Positions 25,966 to 39,548 of a stretch of 64,000 bases of DNA are shown piece by piece (position 1 is the stretch's first letter; every line of letters starts with the position of its first letter). Source of the DNA: Phoronis australis (taxonomy: Eukaryota; Animalia; Phoronida); contig NMRA01000388.1 of assembly GCA_002633005.1 (NCBI GenBank), positions 62,001 to 126,000 of the forward strand, read 5' to 3'. The notes under the pieces were generated by a model that did not search any database, was not told where the DNA came from, and saw only the letters and a list, made by a program, of their open reading frames with translations. The translations under genes and the position numbers were made by a program.

Positions 25966-28129
25966 CACACTGATTAATACAGGCACATAATTTTGTTCAC
26001 ATTTCAGGTGCTAGATTGTCCCTGTGGTTCTCTGAACCTGAAAAGTCCAGGACTTGTGCATTTCTATTCGTGTTTGTTGGTCCGAATCGCGTCATAATAG
26101 TGGCACATATGTCACCACTAAACACCCGAATATCCTGTCACCTGCGTATCACATGATGTGACTCATATCTATGGAGCGCCAAGAGGCTCAGTTGAGCAGT
26201 GGTAAATTTATACGGCCGAGGGCCAGCGTATCAGGAAAAAGGTTTAAATGCATTTCAAAAGGTGCACAACCTGGGACATGAATTGATGGATGGTTAAGAC
26301 TGGATAAGAGATCATTGCGCTCATGTTACGCTTTCGTGTTAATCCGTTTCGAACTTGTTTTATCTTAGCACGAAAATTAAATTAGGAGCAGTAATGTACA
26401 ATTCTTATCCGTCTAATGATTTAAATTAGTATAAACTTAAATTTCCATTGTGTTTGTTGTCTTAGTTTCTAAAAGTTTGTGCCTCTGAAAGTGCTTTCAA
26501 TAATGCATGACTTTTAATTTAATAATTGTATGTAGGACCTCAGGAAAACGTACGAACTTGAGAGATCATATCTCAAACGAAAAAAATGCCGGATTGATCC
26601 GATTCAAATGAAACTTTCAGATAACATGATTTATGCACTGGTCTCTAATACTGTAGGAACTGGATTTAAGATGACCCACTTTTGCTAGACCTTCAGGGAT
26701 ATTTATGAGAATGTACCTTTCTTTATTGTTAAATGTTACTAAAACACACAGTCGAGTGATGCAATCAATTGCAGATTGGTATAAAGTAAAAATCAAGTTG
26801 TACAGGGCTTTTACTGTCAGAAAATAGGTACCTTTACGAAGTTAAATGTTAGTATTTTCCATGTATGTGGCTTAATGCAGACACTTGACCCCATATAACA
26901 CTAAAGAGGAATGCAACCTTTCTGGTATCACTTTTGGTTAAATTACGATTGTTTGGTGTCTTCGATAAACTTTCAAGTTAATTAGGTTTCAATAAATTAT
27001 GCATGCGTCACACCGGAAGTGAATTCGCTGGCCGAATAATTCACAGTCAGCTTTACATACATCGGACATCAGCTGTGCGTTCGCGTACGTCAGCGTATTA
27101 CAGAAAAGACCTTTACTTGCCTTTCAACGAGACTTGTACACTATACCAAGAAAGTTGTTGAGTACCAGGATGCATGGCCAAACGACGAGTTATTGCAGTT
27201 TCGTTTCGCAGATTTCCAGTGGATGAAAACATCCGTCGAACTTAGCTCATTCATCAAGAATTCAGCATTGCCTGTTTACACCACGGCCAAACCTGAGCAA
27301 AACTGTCGTTTGCGTGGCAAACATTTATCACCACAGGATTACAAAATGGACAGATATTTGGCCACACAGGTACCGCAATTAAATTGGTTTTCAATTGTTC
27401 GTGTAGAGCATGTTCTAAACTAATAACAAATAGTTGATTTTTGCAAGCCCGATAATCACTTGTCGTTTGAATAAGAACAAGTTCAGATCAATTTTACGAC
27501 GGAAAAAGTCTAAACAAAAGGTTCATTTCTTGAAAGGAATGTGGGTTTCTGACCGCTTTAACTTTGTCATGCTAGAGGGATTAACGTACTCCTATAGGAA
27601 CGACAAGGCGGTGCCTGTTTCTTTAATCATAGATACTGTGTTTGAGAAGATAAACTTCTTAATTCGTTTGTTGAGTTTTTCAGCCTTCTTCTGTCCTTAA
27701 CGTCAAACATGTGAAACAAATCAAATCCTCAGAGAACACGTACAAAATGTGTATATCATCTAAACACATACATTTCAGTTCCGTTGCATATTACATACGC
27801 TCCATTCCATATAAGTCAAATAAGGAAACGCAACATTCTCCAAAGTCTGCCGCTAGTGAAGTGCCCGACACAGTCACCCCCGCATGGTCCACGTAACAAA
27901 GGCTATACAGCGCACTGAGACGCACCAACAAATACATTAAGCATAAGAATAAGTGAACAATAGCAACTAAATAAGCATAACAATAAACGTAGAGTTACTA
28001 ACGTCCCGTCACACATGTGTGAACGAGACGATAAAAGTCACATGTAGTGCTTTCACGTAAAACTGATTTTTAACTTTCCTATATCCTTCATCGAGAGAAA
28101 TGTAACAAAATAACCAGTTTTGATATCGA

Positions 28130-28900
28130 CATGGATGTCTACACTCGTACGAGGATTATGGGGGCCAGGTAGCGATGTATAAAAACGCTGGTGTTTTGCC
28201 GAGTTACAGGATAATCATAAAAAGTCCGAACCCTCAGAAATTCCCATTGAAGTTGAAGGCACGACAATTTCCCACGTGAACCTAAACATTTAACCAGAAA
28301 GCTTCGTAAACGAGGAAGGGAACCACGTAACAGTATATTTCATATAATCCTCATTTCTTCATTTTCAGCTTCCAAGATTCTGAGCTAGTGATACAACTTG
28401 TCTGCACTTCACACCTCAACTTGGCAAAGACCTAGACTGCATTCCGTAGAGCAAGTTTCTTCGGAGAAAAAGCAATTAGTATGTGTTTTATTGTTGAGCG
28501 CCGTCTGCAGGTTTATTCAAAAACGCTAAATATTAAACAAGAAGCCACACGACTACGGAACATCTCCCTTCCGAGATTTAACAACGTTAAACAAGCAACC
28601 ATTGTCCAAGTGTCTCAACTAAGTACTCATGTACTCAATGTCATATCACTATGGCATAAACTGTCACTGTCCAAATATCCAGTCCAATACCGATACGTTA
28701 CTCCGCAAGCAAACAAGTCGTATGAAAATGTATCTAAATAAAACAAGTGACAGTACTTCGGGAGCAAGTTTTCTGTTATACAGAATTTGTTAAATGCACG
28801 ACACTTTTCATTGTTCACGGTCTTTATTCCGTTGCGTTCATACTTTCTGAACAAAGCTCTACTCTCAACTGAACATAGATACACGATATTTCGAAACATA
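28130..28900 (-). mobile_element. Degraded N-terminal ORF fragment of a Penelope-like retroelement
   Basis: ORF 28627-28968 contains RALFRKYE...KCRAFNKFCITENLLPKY, resembling Penelope ORF N-termini; disrupted downstream. Confidence 0.45.
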
Positions 28901-29073
28901 CTTGTTTCATTCTCAAGTGAAGATAAAATGACGCGGTAATGCCACCACAGAGTATAAGCTGACGACACACACAGTGAGACACGGCGGGTGTGAAATACTG
29001 CAAAGAATGACTAATGAATTAGGGTAACAGGAAAGTCACGCAAACAAGTGTAACGTGCGGCGCCACCCTGTTT

Positions 29074-29272
29074 GCTGCTCATTCTTAAAAGCAATTAAAA
29101 GGGACTCTAATACTTTCAAACGCAGCACATCTTGCTCCACGTAGCGAATTGACGTGTTTTCCATAATTTCTTGACGGGTGATTCTGCAATACCACGCACG
29201 TAAAATCACCCGTCAAGAAAGTATTAGAGTCCCTTTTAATTGCTTTTGAGAAGCCTGTTTTGAATGAGCAGC
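29074..29272. repeat. Near-perfect fold-back with an asymmetric 53-bp bulge
   Basis: 29082-29117 pairs with 29217-29252 (one mismatch); 29167-29183 pairs with 29204-29220; outer GCTGCTCATTC / GAATGAGCAGC. Confidence 0.9.
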
Positions 29273-29343
29273 CTGACAACGTAGCGGTACACACTCAATG
29301 TCACGCGTATTCAGCAGAGGGACAAGCGGTTTATGGTCGGTTA

Positions 29344-31031
29344 TTAGACGGAATGACTCGAGTCTCTGTAAATATCGACAGAATTTTTCGCAAACTCATG
29401 TGGCTGCTTAACACTCTTTTTCGATTTGGGCATAGTTTCTTTCAGCTGGCGTTTAAATGTTCTCGAACAGAAAGCTATAGGGCGTAACTCGTCTCCACGC
29501 TGTTGCATGATAACACCGCGGATGCCATAGCTATTAGCACCACAACTCAAAACAGTGGAAAAGGTTACATCATAATATGCCAGTACTGGGCTACTGAAAA
29601 TGAGTTCTTTAACTTCTTTGAACGGTTTTTCTTGGGAAACTCCCCAACGCAACTCAATGTCTTTACAAAGCAGTTCGTTCATAGGTGCCATTACAATTGC
29701 GAGATTTGGCAAATATCTTCCAAGATACTTCACCATGCCTAGAACTCTGCGAAGTTCCGTCACGTTTGTAGGCGGCTCAAGATCCATGATCGCACGCACT
29801 TTTGTCTCATCGGGACTCATTCTGAAGCATCAAATTTATGCCCGACGTATCTCAACTGACTATGACGAAACAAACACTTGGCTCGGTTTAGCTTCAATCC
29901 GGACTCTTTTATTCCGCTTCATGACGGTTTCTAGCATTGCATCGTGCTCACTCATGGTCTTGCCATATATCAAAATGTCGTCTTGCCAAACGATTGCTTG
30001 AGTATACACTCAAGTAACTCATTCATAATTCTCTGGAATATCTCGCTAGCACAGCTAATTCCAAACGGTAAACGTTTAAAACAAAAACGCCCCATCGGTG
30101 TGATAAACGTAGTGAGAAGACGACTCTCCTCATGCAGTGGAACAGCCCAATACCCACTAGAAGCATCTAGTGTAGTAAATATAGTGGGCACCCGAAAGCT
30201 TGTGAATTACATCATCCAAGGTTGTACTGCGAGGTTCTGCGCATATACGGACACTTCTATCCTTCTTAGCAACAGGAACGATCGGCGCACACCACGGAGT
30301 AGTTGAGGCTGAGTTACTGGTCCGATTATGTCACCTGCAACCATTCGCTCGATTTCAGCCTTAACTTTTGGCATCAGTGGTATGCGGGTATTTGCCTCGC
30401 TGCGTTCAAACTGTACGGTTCTGCGTTTTCTTTCAAATGCATCTTGATCGGGTCATACTTCAGTAGTCCTGTTGTAGAAAAACAGACTCGTTAATTTCAC
30501 CCACGCGTCGAATAAGTCCAAGTTTCGTGGAAACATTTCGGCTCAACAGACAACTCTTTGTTCCGGATATAACAACGATGCGAAACTTGTATTTACTCTC
30601 ATCATGTGTTACTGACGCGTGAAAAGAGCGTGACGTCTTAAGTCTACAAGGCAATTTTTATCTGCTCTAAAGCGGGTCGGGGTTTGAGTGTCTCGTAGAC
30701 GGACTCAATATATCGGCTCCGGTATCGATTTTGAACTCGACTAACTTGTCGTGGATTGTCAGATTCACTGTCCAATTGTCAGACGTGTCCTCGTTGTCAT
30801 CGACAACTCTACTACTACCAGGGAAGTATGCGTTTGACTCACTTTCTTGACCGTTTCCAATGAATATCTCTTTAATAGTCTTTGACCTGCACTGCGATTT
30901 AAAATGTCCTTTTCGATGACATCTGTTGCATAGCTGATCAGTCGCAGGGCATGTTTCACCGGGTTTGTGTTTACTGTAGCCGCATTGACCACAATTCTGT
31001 TTTGTGTCGCTGTCGCGTTTAGGCCTACTTT
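29344..31031 (-). mobile_element. Ty3/Gypsy (Mag/K02A2.6-like) gag-pol remnant
   Basis: Double zinc knuckle CGQCG...CPA...CNRCHRKGHFKSQC, protease FKIDTGAD, RT LDASSGYW / RLPFGISCASEIFQ, RNase H-region SSPVLAYYD...RPIAFCSRT. Frameshifted, no LTR seen, cut at the IS3EU TIR. Confidence 0.92.
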
Positions 31032-33381
31032 TATGGAACGCCCCTAGCGTCACCTTCTGACGGGTCTTTTTAGACACGTTACGAGTCATCGAGGCGCGTC
31101 AGAGTTGACTCGAAATGTACTTCCCAAGTGTGTCAAGTTACCGCCCCATTACTGTGGGACCAATAAGACGTTGTCATTTGCTCAGCTATGACGTATGCTT
31201 CGATGTCAGTCAGTTTACGCCCCAACTGGCCCGATATTTGACTAGCCTAAAAGGTCATTAGCCATCCCACTTTGCATTTGACGAATAAGGGACAAGTTAA
31301 CATTCACACTCGTATCAATTAAATGAATCATAATCCACCTCTGTGGAGTGTAGCGCCCAGCAACAGTATAACGGTGGCTTCTGCGTTAGAACAGCATGCA
31401 ACGTCAAATTGTTATAAATATAAACGAGGCAATGCTGTGAGTGACGAGGAGTGGATGACTGTGACCTTGGGGTCACGGTGATTTTCAGTGCTGTGCCAAC
31501 AGTTGTAGGTTTTATTCGCTTGATCACTGAAGATGTACCAGTTGCTATTACAGTCTTGCTCAGTGGAGACAGGCTGTCGTGTAGATTGTGAGGTTGTTTT
31601 TACACGAGGCAGTACCAAAGGGGAATTTAAGGGCGGGGGGTAAGGGGGCCATGCCCTCCCCTAATATTCTCCCAGATTCCATTTGGTAGTACGGGGGTGC
31701 AAATGTCTGACGGGCTAATACTCTTCCCTGGCCCCCCTAACTCAAAATTCTGGATGTGCCCCTGAGTGCTGGCCATTTTTATAATATATTTTTTACGTCA
31801 AATGCTCGGTGAAGACAGGGTATGCTAAAAGTTGTTTTTTGTGAGAAAGTTGTTGCCTGTTATTGTTTGTTCTTTGAAGTACTAAAAACTAAAACGCCGT
31901 AAAATGCATTAAATTGGTCAGTGAAAAAGTCTTTTCAAAATTTATTGAATAAATTTTACTGACCACAGCATCATTTTAATGCGTTTGACCGTGTTTTTCT
32001 GTTTTTTACCTTACATCGGTAATGGCCTTCATACAGGGAAATGAATGTTTCTTGCACTTCTTAGCCAAGTACGAGTAGGGATTTGCGAGAACTCTTAAAC
32101 ATGTCGTGCGTTTGAACTTAAAACATTAAGTAGCATAGGAGGATTTAGGGGGGTCGCCCCCCGGCTGCCGCACGCAAAATGAAGCAGCAACAGCGTGAAC
32201 CGTGAGGAAATATAGAGTTCAGCAACTAGGACCGGTAGCGGATGAGGGGGGCTCACATACCAGAGGAATCGTGTCCACCGATAGATTTTCTGAAGGGAAC
32301 GTCCACATCCCGGCCCCCGTAACTTTCGGGCCCCTGTGCACATACAATCGCGCTTTGCCCAATTCCCCAAGGCAACATGTTGGGCACCCCTTATGGTATC
32401 CTAGATCCGCTACTGAGTAGAGATGCCTTTAATAAAGGGACAATGTCTCTCTAATTGAGAAGCCATACGGTGGCCAGAGGCATGACATTTGAATTATAGG
32501 ATTACCATAACAATACTTCTGTTTCTTTTCAAGATATGTTTGAAGGACTGTATAACACAATATATGAAATTGCTTAGCAATACAAGTGTTTGAGATTTGC
32601 CTAGGAATAGCAGTTTCACCTTCAACAGTGGTGGTAATATCAGGTGTCCCAAAAGCATTCAGCTGATATAGGAGCTATGGGATGTCCCAATAAAAATTGG
32701 CACAAAGTATGTTATTTCCATTGAGAACATGAATTATGTAAGAAATGCTGTAAAAATTCTTTAATATCCTGACACATCCTTGGGGATGATTGAGTATGAG
32801 GATGTTTTCTGTTTTTCATCGTAGGTTTGGCCTAGTAATTAAAAATACATCCAATCAAGATCATGTCAGAAATTTATTAATGCCCAGGCTTCTAATTGAA
32901 GCTTTATCATAGTCACAGGTCTTTGAACAGCAATTCAGCCATGACCACAAATATCAAGGCTTTAAAATCACATTTAAAGCCAGTCGAGAGCAGAATCCCA
33001 CAAATTACAACGTCAAACATACACAGGAAGGAATTGACAGAACAAACTAACAACTTAATGAATCCTTCCCATTCAATGCAGAAACTCTAGTATAACAGAT
33101 TACAAGTTACTAGCTTGTGAAAGACCATTTCAACTGGTAAATTAACATGAGCACCTCGCCTATGAATATGAACTTGTCATAGAATTTACAAATCGCAGTG
33201 TTTTCTGATACACTTGTAAGCTGTGAGTTTCTGTAATGTATAGTGAAGATACAAGTTCGTCAAGCCAAGATAGGTTGTTACTTGAGAGAGGACATGGAGA
33301 ACATTCTGGAGCTATTCATTCTTGGGTATGTAGATCAACATGTTTCTCGAACAGCTCAGCAGTCAGATTGCTGTACGGCAG

Positions 33382-34072
33382 TGCCAACACTTGCAGAACA
33401 AACAGCCAGTATGATGACTTGCCCTTCTCTGTTCACAAACCATGGTGGTTCCATTGACTTTAAAAGGCTTTCAATGATTGATTAATTTTGAGTAAAAACA
33501 CATAGTGCAAGCACCAAAAGGACAGCTGATCATCCGGATCCAAAACACGTTTCTCCTCTAAAAACTGAAACATCTCATTGTACACATTGGTGACACCACG
33601 CCACATATCTCGCCACAGTCTTCCTGTCCTCGGATTGTGCACACTTTTTCCTTGAATGGCACTCCCTCTGTCCAGGCCACGGAACATTTCCATGAATGCA
33701 CCATGGTCACATCTAACTCGCGAGGGTACACCTTACTTCATTACCGCTTTTTGAAAGCAATCAAGGACAGTTGTAGAACAGTTGTTAAAGGATGCTTTCC
33801 CATACACCAGGAACCGAGTGTCACTGTCTATTCCAGTATCTAAAACAAAAGATGTACTTATAGTGTATGTAAGACAGGAAAAATATAGCCATGTTTCTGA
33901 ACAGTTAGTATTTAATATTAAAAATGTGATATGCACATTAGCAACAAACATTTGTGGCACCCCATGTAAGCACATTTGCAGTACTGCACTAAGGCACTCG
34001 GTCTCACAGGGGCTACTATCTTTTATCAGAAATTGTAGTTGAAACTTGATCATTCGTGACCCACTAAATACC
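33382..34072 (-). pseudogene. IS3EU DDE transposase core remnant, copy 1
   Basis: GIDSDTRFLVY...[24 protein letters not shown]...[21 protein letters not shown]...[20 protein letters not shown]. The consensus HNQRIERLWRD has lost its Glu; in-frame stops present. Confidence 0.85.
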
Positions 34073-34384
34073 TTTAAACAAATAAGCAGAAACCATGAGG
34101 TGAAATTACAGCTGACTTAAGCCCATCGCATTTGTCGTATGACGGGACAGTATATGATGTGTCAGCGACAGAAGTTAAGGAAAATCACGATAGTGAAGAG
34201 ACCGTGGTACAACATTTGGGACACAAGATGGCACACAACTGACATTTTATTTTCTGCTTTTTGCATAGAACATTAGTATCCCCAAACTATTGCTTTCTCA
34301 TTTTCAAGTTTTGTACCATAGCTACCATCAAACAAAGTTTTGAAAAATTGTGAGCATTCACAACATTAGAAGCCTTCAAAAATA

Positions 34385-35762
34385 AACAAGAGCAATGCAG
34401 GGCGTTGAAATGCGCCCACAAATGCTCAGAAAATGGAGTGCTTCTAAGGGTATTTATTTCTATCAGAAAAATGGCCACTAGATGGCGCAAAATACGTTGA
34501 AGTCATCCGAAAGCAAAAACAGGTCTTTAATAGAAAGCTATCAGATTTCATAAAAATCCGTCAAGGAACTTCGGAGAAACAGAGGAAAACAGAAAAAATG
34601 AAATTGTCACCAAGGGGCACATCATTGATTACATCCGTCTGAAAATCGTTATCATTGTCCGTAGTCAACTTCATATAAATACACTTGCTAAATTTCATAA
34701 AGATTCTGCAGTGGGTTTAGGAGAGTACAGCTATGTCTGCAAAAAAACAAAAGTGCCACAGTAGGCGAAGTCCTCAGAAAAACACGGTCAACCATCCTCT
34801 TCACACTAAGAACATATGTGCTAATTTTCACAAACATCCTTAGAGTGGTTTGTAGGGTTCATAGAGGGGCAGACGCCAAAAATAGACAAGAAAACAGTAA
34901 AAATTGCCACTAGATGGCGCAAAATACGTCCAACCCATAACAAAATAGGAAAATGTCACCACTTCTTTAATAGAAACCAATTTACAAAATTTCATACAAA
35001 TCCATCAAGGAACTTCAGAGAAACAGAGGAAAATGAAAAAAAATGAAATTGCCGGAAAATGGTGTCATACCACTAATTGAAGCCCATGTGAAAATTTTCA
35101 TGAAAATCCGTTGAGGACATTTGAAGATAGAGGTGAACATTAAAAATAAAAATTGCCACTAGGGGGCACACCGATAGTCCGATCCGTCTGAAAGCCGTCG
35201 TAGTTTGTTGTCGACTTCATACAAATACACTACCTCAATTTAGTACAGATCCTGCATAGCGTTAAGGAGATACAGCCATGGGCACAAAAACAAACAAAAT
35301 TGCCACTAGGAGGCGCCACAGCAGTTGAAGTCGTCAGAAAATCATCGTCAGCTGTCCTCGTCATAGTAACAACCTATATGCCAATTTTCATAATCATCCT
35401 AGGAGTAGTTTGGTTGATAGAGGGGCAGACGCCAAAAAACAGACTCGAAGACAACAAAAATGGCCACTAGGTGGTTCAAAATACCGCAAATATATCTGAA
35501 AACGAGAGGTTAGCGTCATCTCACTGATAGATGCCCATATTTCAAATTTTATGAAAATCATTTTAGGATCTCTGAAGATATAGAAATAAGCGTAAAAAAT
35601 AAAATTGCCACTAGGGGGCACACCGGTAGTCGGATAGGTCTGACATTTGTCATCATCTGTTGTCAGCTTCATAGAAACACATCTATCAAATCTCTTCAAG
35701 ATCCTGTGAGGGGTTTAGGAGATACAGATGCGGACGCACATAAACATGTGGGCGCATAAAAA
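34385..35762. mobile_element. Helentron-associated (HINE-like) element with a ~150-bp tandem core array
   Basis: Starts AACAAGAG; subterminal inverted repeat TGCGCCCACA (34411) / TGTGGGCGCA (35747); about nine diverged units containing AAATTTCAT.AA.ATCC and GCCACTAG..GGC. Confidence 0.75.
34475..35621 (+). promoter_or_regulatory. Co-oriented array of CTCF-consensus-like motifs
   Basis: CCACTAGATGGCGC at 34475 and 34907, CCACTAGGGGGCAC at 35156 and 35608, CCACTAGGAGGCGC at 35303, weaker matches at 34607 and 35464. Motif match only; binding not shown. Confidence 0.5.
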
Positions 35763-37892
35763 TGGACGGTTTTGGCAATTATTATGGTCTGAAATTAGTG
35801 AGATTTTACCGCATTGCATGCCAAGAACATCGTCGGGAAATTTTGAATTTGTTCAAAATCATTTCAACGTCGTACAACAGTTCTACAACAGATCTATATC
35901 GTAACACTGTGGTGCGATGCCTCACATTTGTTGTATGATAGTTGTACGACTGACATACGATCTTTGGGTTATCCGAGTCTACAATAGTCCTACAATCGTA
36001 CTATACAACCGACAGTCCCCCAAACTTTTTTTCCATCACGTACATGCTCTGGGACCATCGAACATTAAAAATATGACTACATATCATAACATCATTGGAT
36101 GTCAGGCATACAATGTCTTGCAACACCTTGGTTTAATGTCGTAGGACATTTGTACAACAAATGTGACTGTGAATATGTCAATACAGAAGACTATCGTACA
36201 ACAGCGTCTTTGTTGCCCTGCTAGCATCATACCACGAATGTGACAGGGGCTTAAGCAGCATCTGTATACAGTTGACAGTTCCATTCCATTTTTCAAAGCA
36301 TTCATGACAAATCTGGTTAAAGACCAAACAGTACCTCTACTATAGAGAACATAACATGAAAATTCACAGCTTGAGGCTAGATTAAATGCATTTAAAATTA
36401 CTGCTGTCACATGCATGCATTTTTCTTCTTGACATAAACATCGTATGTATGTTTTAACATCACATTAAAAGCATTTTGTTCCAGTGTACTGTTTCAGAAA
36501 ACATCTTGAGAACCATATTGAAAGTAAACAACAAATTTACAGGGCTCATTTTTGGAGCACACTANTGTTTTAACATCACATTAAAAGCATTTTGTTCCAG
36601 TGTTCTGTTTCAGAAAACATCTTGAGAACCATATTGAAAGTGAACAACAAATTTACAGGGCTCGTTTTTGGAGCACACTACATGTACATGCCCTGGGCAC
36701 AATTAAATTTCATACGACATACTGAAATCTGGTCTCGCACGTCATTTGGTATGTTCGTTTTCCTCAGCCTGCAACTGAGCACATGTGCCTCCAACATTTA
36801 AGTAGAACTTGCTCTGATTATGATGGTCGAACTATTGATGCACATGGTACTTTAGTTTTCTCAATGCCCATTCAAGACTTAAGATAAAAGTACAATTTTG
36901 GTATATTTTTGGACAATTACTCCTATTTCTGTTACTCCCAGAGTTGGGTGGAATAGTGTTTTTTCAAAAACAAGAAGAGTTGGTCTAAAATCAGAGCACC
37001 ATGGTGCATCTGTATGAGGTGACTCGCACGCACATAATTGCGAAGCTTAAATACATGCACATATATGTGCGGTAAATTTGAGTAGGAAACTTGGCAAAAA
37101 ATGCATTGACTTGTTTCACATGCGCTTATTTGCAGGTTTTTACGGTAATTATAATCCACTGATAAATAATTTAGTTGAACTTTGAAATGCAATTTAACAA
37201 TACAAACCAACTGTGCCTCCAACAGCTGAGTCTAGTTGTGAGTCCGCAACCTCATTGTATTGTCTTGAAGACTTGAAATACTCTCTGAGGACGAAGAAAC
37301 ATCGACATATTAACGTCGAAGCCTATGCACCATGCGTGGCTTTAGGATACAACTGTCAAGAGTGTGCATACTACTTCAAGTGATTGCTTAACAGTTACAT
37401 AAATACAAAATGTAAAATGTGTCAAAAAGGGATAGTAACTGCACTATTACTGTTTAACGGGGTTTGACACAGTTTGCCAAAAAGTTGAAAAGCAGTAGTC
37501 TAGTTGCCAAAAAGTTGACCCTGCAAATTTGTTTACTGTAAAGTTTTCTTTTGGAAATTTATTGGTTAGGAGAATAAAAGTAACTTGGTTACACTTTGTG
37601 CAACTTTGAGCATTTTTTATAGTTCAAGATGGCGGCTTCCGCCACCTTGAATTTCGCCTAATTTCCACACTCTGTACATGATACCGTGTAGGATCATGCA
37701 ATTCATGGTTTCCAATGTTCAATGGATGAGATTTACCAGAAACAATCTAAAGATTCTTTACTATACCACAAACATGATACAATTGCATTAATCACCACTA
37801 ATTAAAAGCCCAGTCCATCAAATTGGTAGCAGCTTAAGCACTAGTCAGGAGACAGTGTCAATTCTTGAACAGTGGTAATGAAATTATTACAT

Positions 37893-38035
37893 ACTTCAGT
37901 CGACGTGATATGGTAGAGGAAGTAACTCCCATTGATTCGGCCATCTCTTGTCGTGTGAAGTTTGCCTTTATCATACACTCTAAGTGAGATGAGGTTCTGT
38001 CAAACTTTGATTGTGCCCAAATTTAGTTGCCCCTG
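37893..38035 (-). pseudogene. IS3EU transposase N-terminal HTH exon remnant (mirror ~46995-47132)
   Basis: KFDRTSSHLECMIKANFTRQEIAESMGVTSSTISRRLK followed by a GTATGT donor. Confidence 0.7.
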
Positions 38036-39116
38036 CATTGTACATGTGTTTTCACATGTAATACACATCACTCACTGAAATGTTAAACAAAAGAGTAGAG
38101 AGCTTTCGTATATGGCCAGTTACAGGATACCAAATACACTTATATTCGTAAACAATATCCCGCTGAAATGCACACAGGTGAGTTTTGGTCATGTAAAATG
38201 AGGGACATCTGTATGGAATCATTTTCAAATAGGTTTTTGGTACTAAATATTCAGTAACCAGTCATCCGTAAGTTCTCTATTAACTCGTGCAATAAATCTG
38301 GCAGCACTGAACACCTAGTCATGCACATAGGAATAACCTGAAAATGCTATTACCCACAGTAGAGGGACCTCAAGGTAAAGGTGACATGCCGGTACCTTTA
38401 ATAAGCATCGGTTCAATTGTTAAAATTACACTGTGTTAAAAAGAGGTAGTCATATTACTAGTACTCATTCAATAGATTTACAAGGCCAAAACTACAATAT
38501 GCAAACAATGATGCTCACTTGATTCATATGCAGCTTGATCTGCCTCCTCCATTAACCTCCTAGCAAAATTCAATAGTTTTGCTGCATAAGCCTGATCAAC
38601 ACCACCACCAACAACAGCATTTTGTATACTTCTAGTTAAACTAGTCAACCTGTAAAATAACAATAAGTTATTTATCAAACTGTTAATCTGGAAGGGCCAG
38701 GCACATTGCAAGACACTGAGAATATTTTTGTCTCAACATCAATTTCTGTGTAATGGATGGCTGGGCCAAATCCATTAATCATAGGAAACGACTCAAACAT
38801 GAGAGTAAACTTGCCGCAAGGGCTTTTTGAAGAAATGTGGGTGTCCTGTTATAGGGACTGGTGCAAATTTTTAGTAAACACCTCTCACACAAGAATGCAA
38901 GATTGACAGATCACACAAAAATCTGGGGCACTAGTATCAAGGTTCAGTGTTCATGCCTATTGGAGTACCGTTCATTCAGTAACGTGACACATTAAAGGAA
39001 TTTGACAGCTTTTGGCCACCTTCATTCAAGATATCTGTCTTTTTCACTATATAGTGTGTGGGAGGGGGCAGAATTTTTTGGGTAAGCCACTCTCAGGCCG
39101 AAACTTGCCTTGAGCT

Positions 39117-39548
39117 GCTGTACGTGAACTTGGAATCCTGCTTAATCTCAAGATTAAGCGGAAGTGAGTGTTGCGTGAACTTGGAATACGCGAAGCAACT
39201 TGACAAGTTCACTCAAATAATGACGTTCATGTTCATAAAAATTTGCACTGCATTCAAATCAAGTTACAATTGAATAAAATAATGTCAATTTTAACCAACC
39301 TTTTTAACTACGAGCGATCAGTTTCACCACCCAATAATCAATTAACCCTTCACATATTCCACCTGTTCAGCGACATTAGTTACGGTAAAGGAGAAAATGG
39401 TTGATCGCGAGGCCAATAATTACAAAAATCCTTTTCACCGAACAAAAATTTCACCTTTTGCCTTAAAGAATATTCAATTCCAAGTTCACGCAACACTCAC
39501 TTCCGCTTAATCTTGAGATTAAGCAGGATTCCAAGTTCACGCACAGCA
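39117..39548. mobile_element. MITE with ~70-bp TIRs nested in IS3EU copy 1
   Basis: 39117-39187 is the reverse complement of 39477-39548; each arm contains the palindrome GCTTAATCT-CA-AGATTAAGC. Only one arm survives in copy 2 (~45837-45907). Confidence 0.75.

Larger units (their letters stand above)
34121..36250. mobile_element. TTAA-flanked non-autonomous element nested in IS3EU copy 1 (mirror 48819-50861)
   Basis: TTAA at 34117-34120 and 36251-36254; imperfect ends GCCCATCGCATT / AATGTGACAGGGGC; itself interrupted by the Helentron-like element. Confidence 0.55.

Noticed and set aside
30667-31089. Gag fusion protein starting inside the TIR
   Set aside because: The first ~19 codons are TIR sequence in frame by chance, and downstream pol is frameshifted.
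34385-35762. CRISPR-like array
   Set aside because: Units are ~150 bp and homologous along their length, with no unique spacers or cas genes, in a eukaryotic context.
36450-36680. 115-bp tandem duplication in IS3EU copy 1
   Set aside because: The two units are separated by the single N at 36565 and copy 2 has one unit; most likely an unmerged contig overlap.
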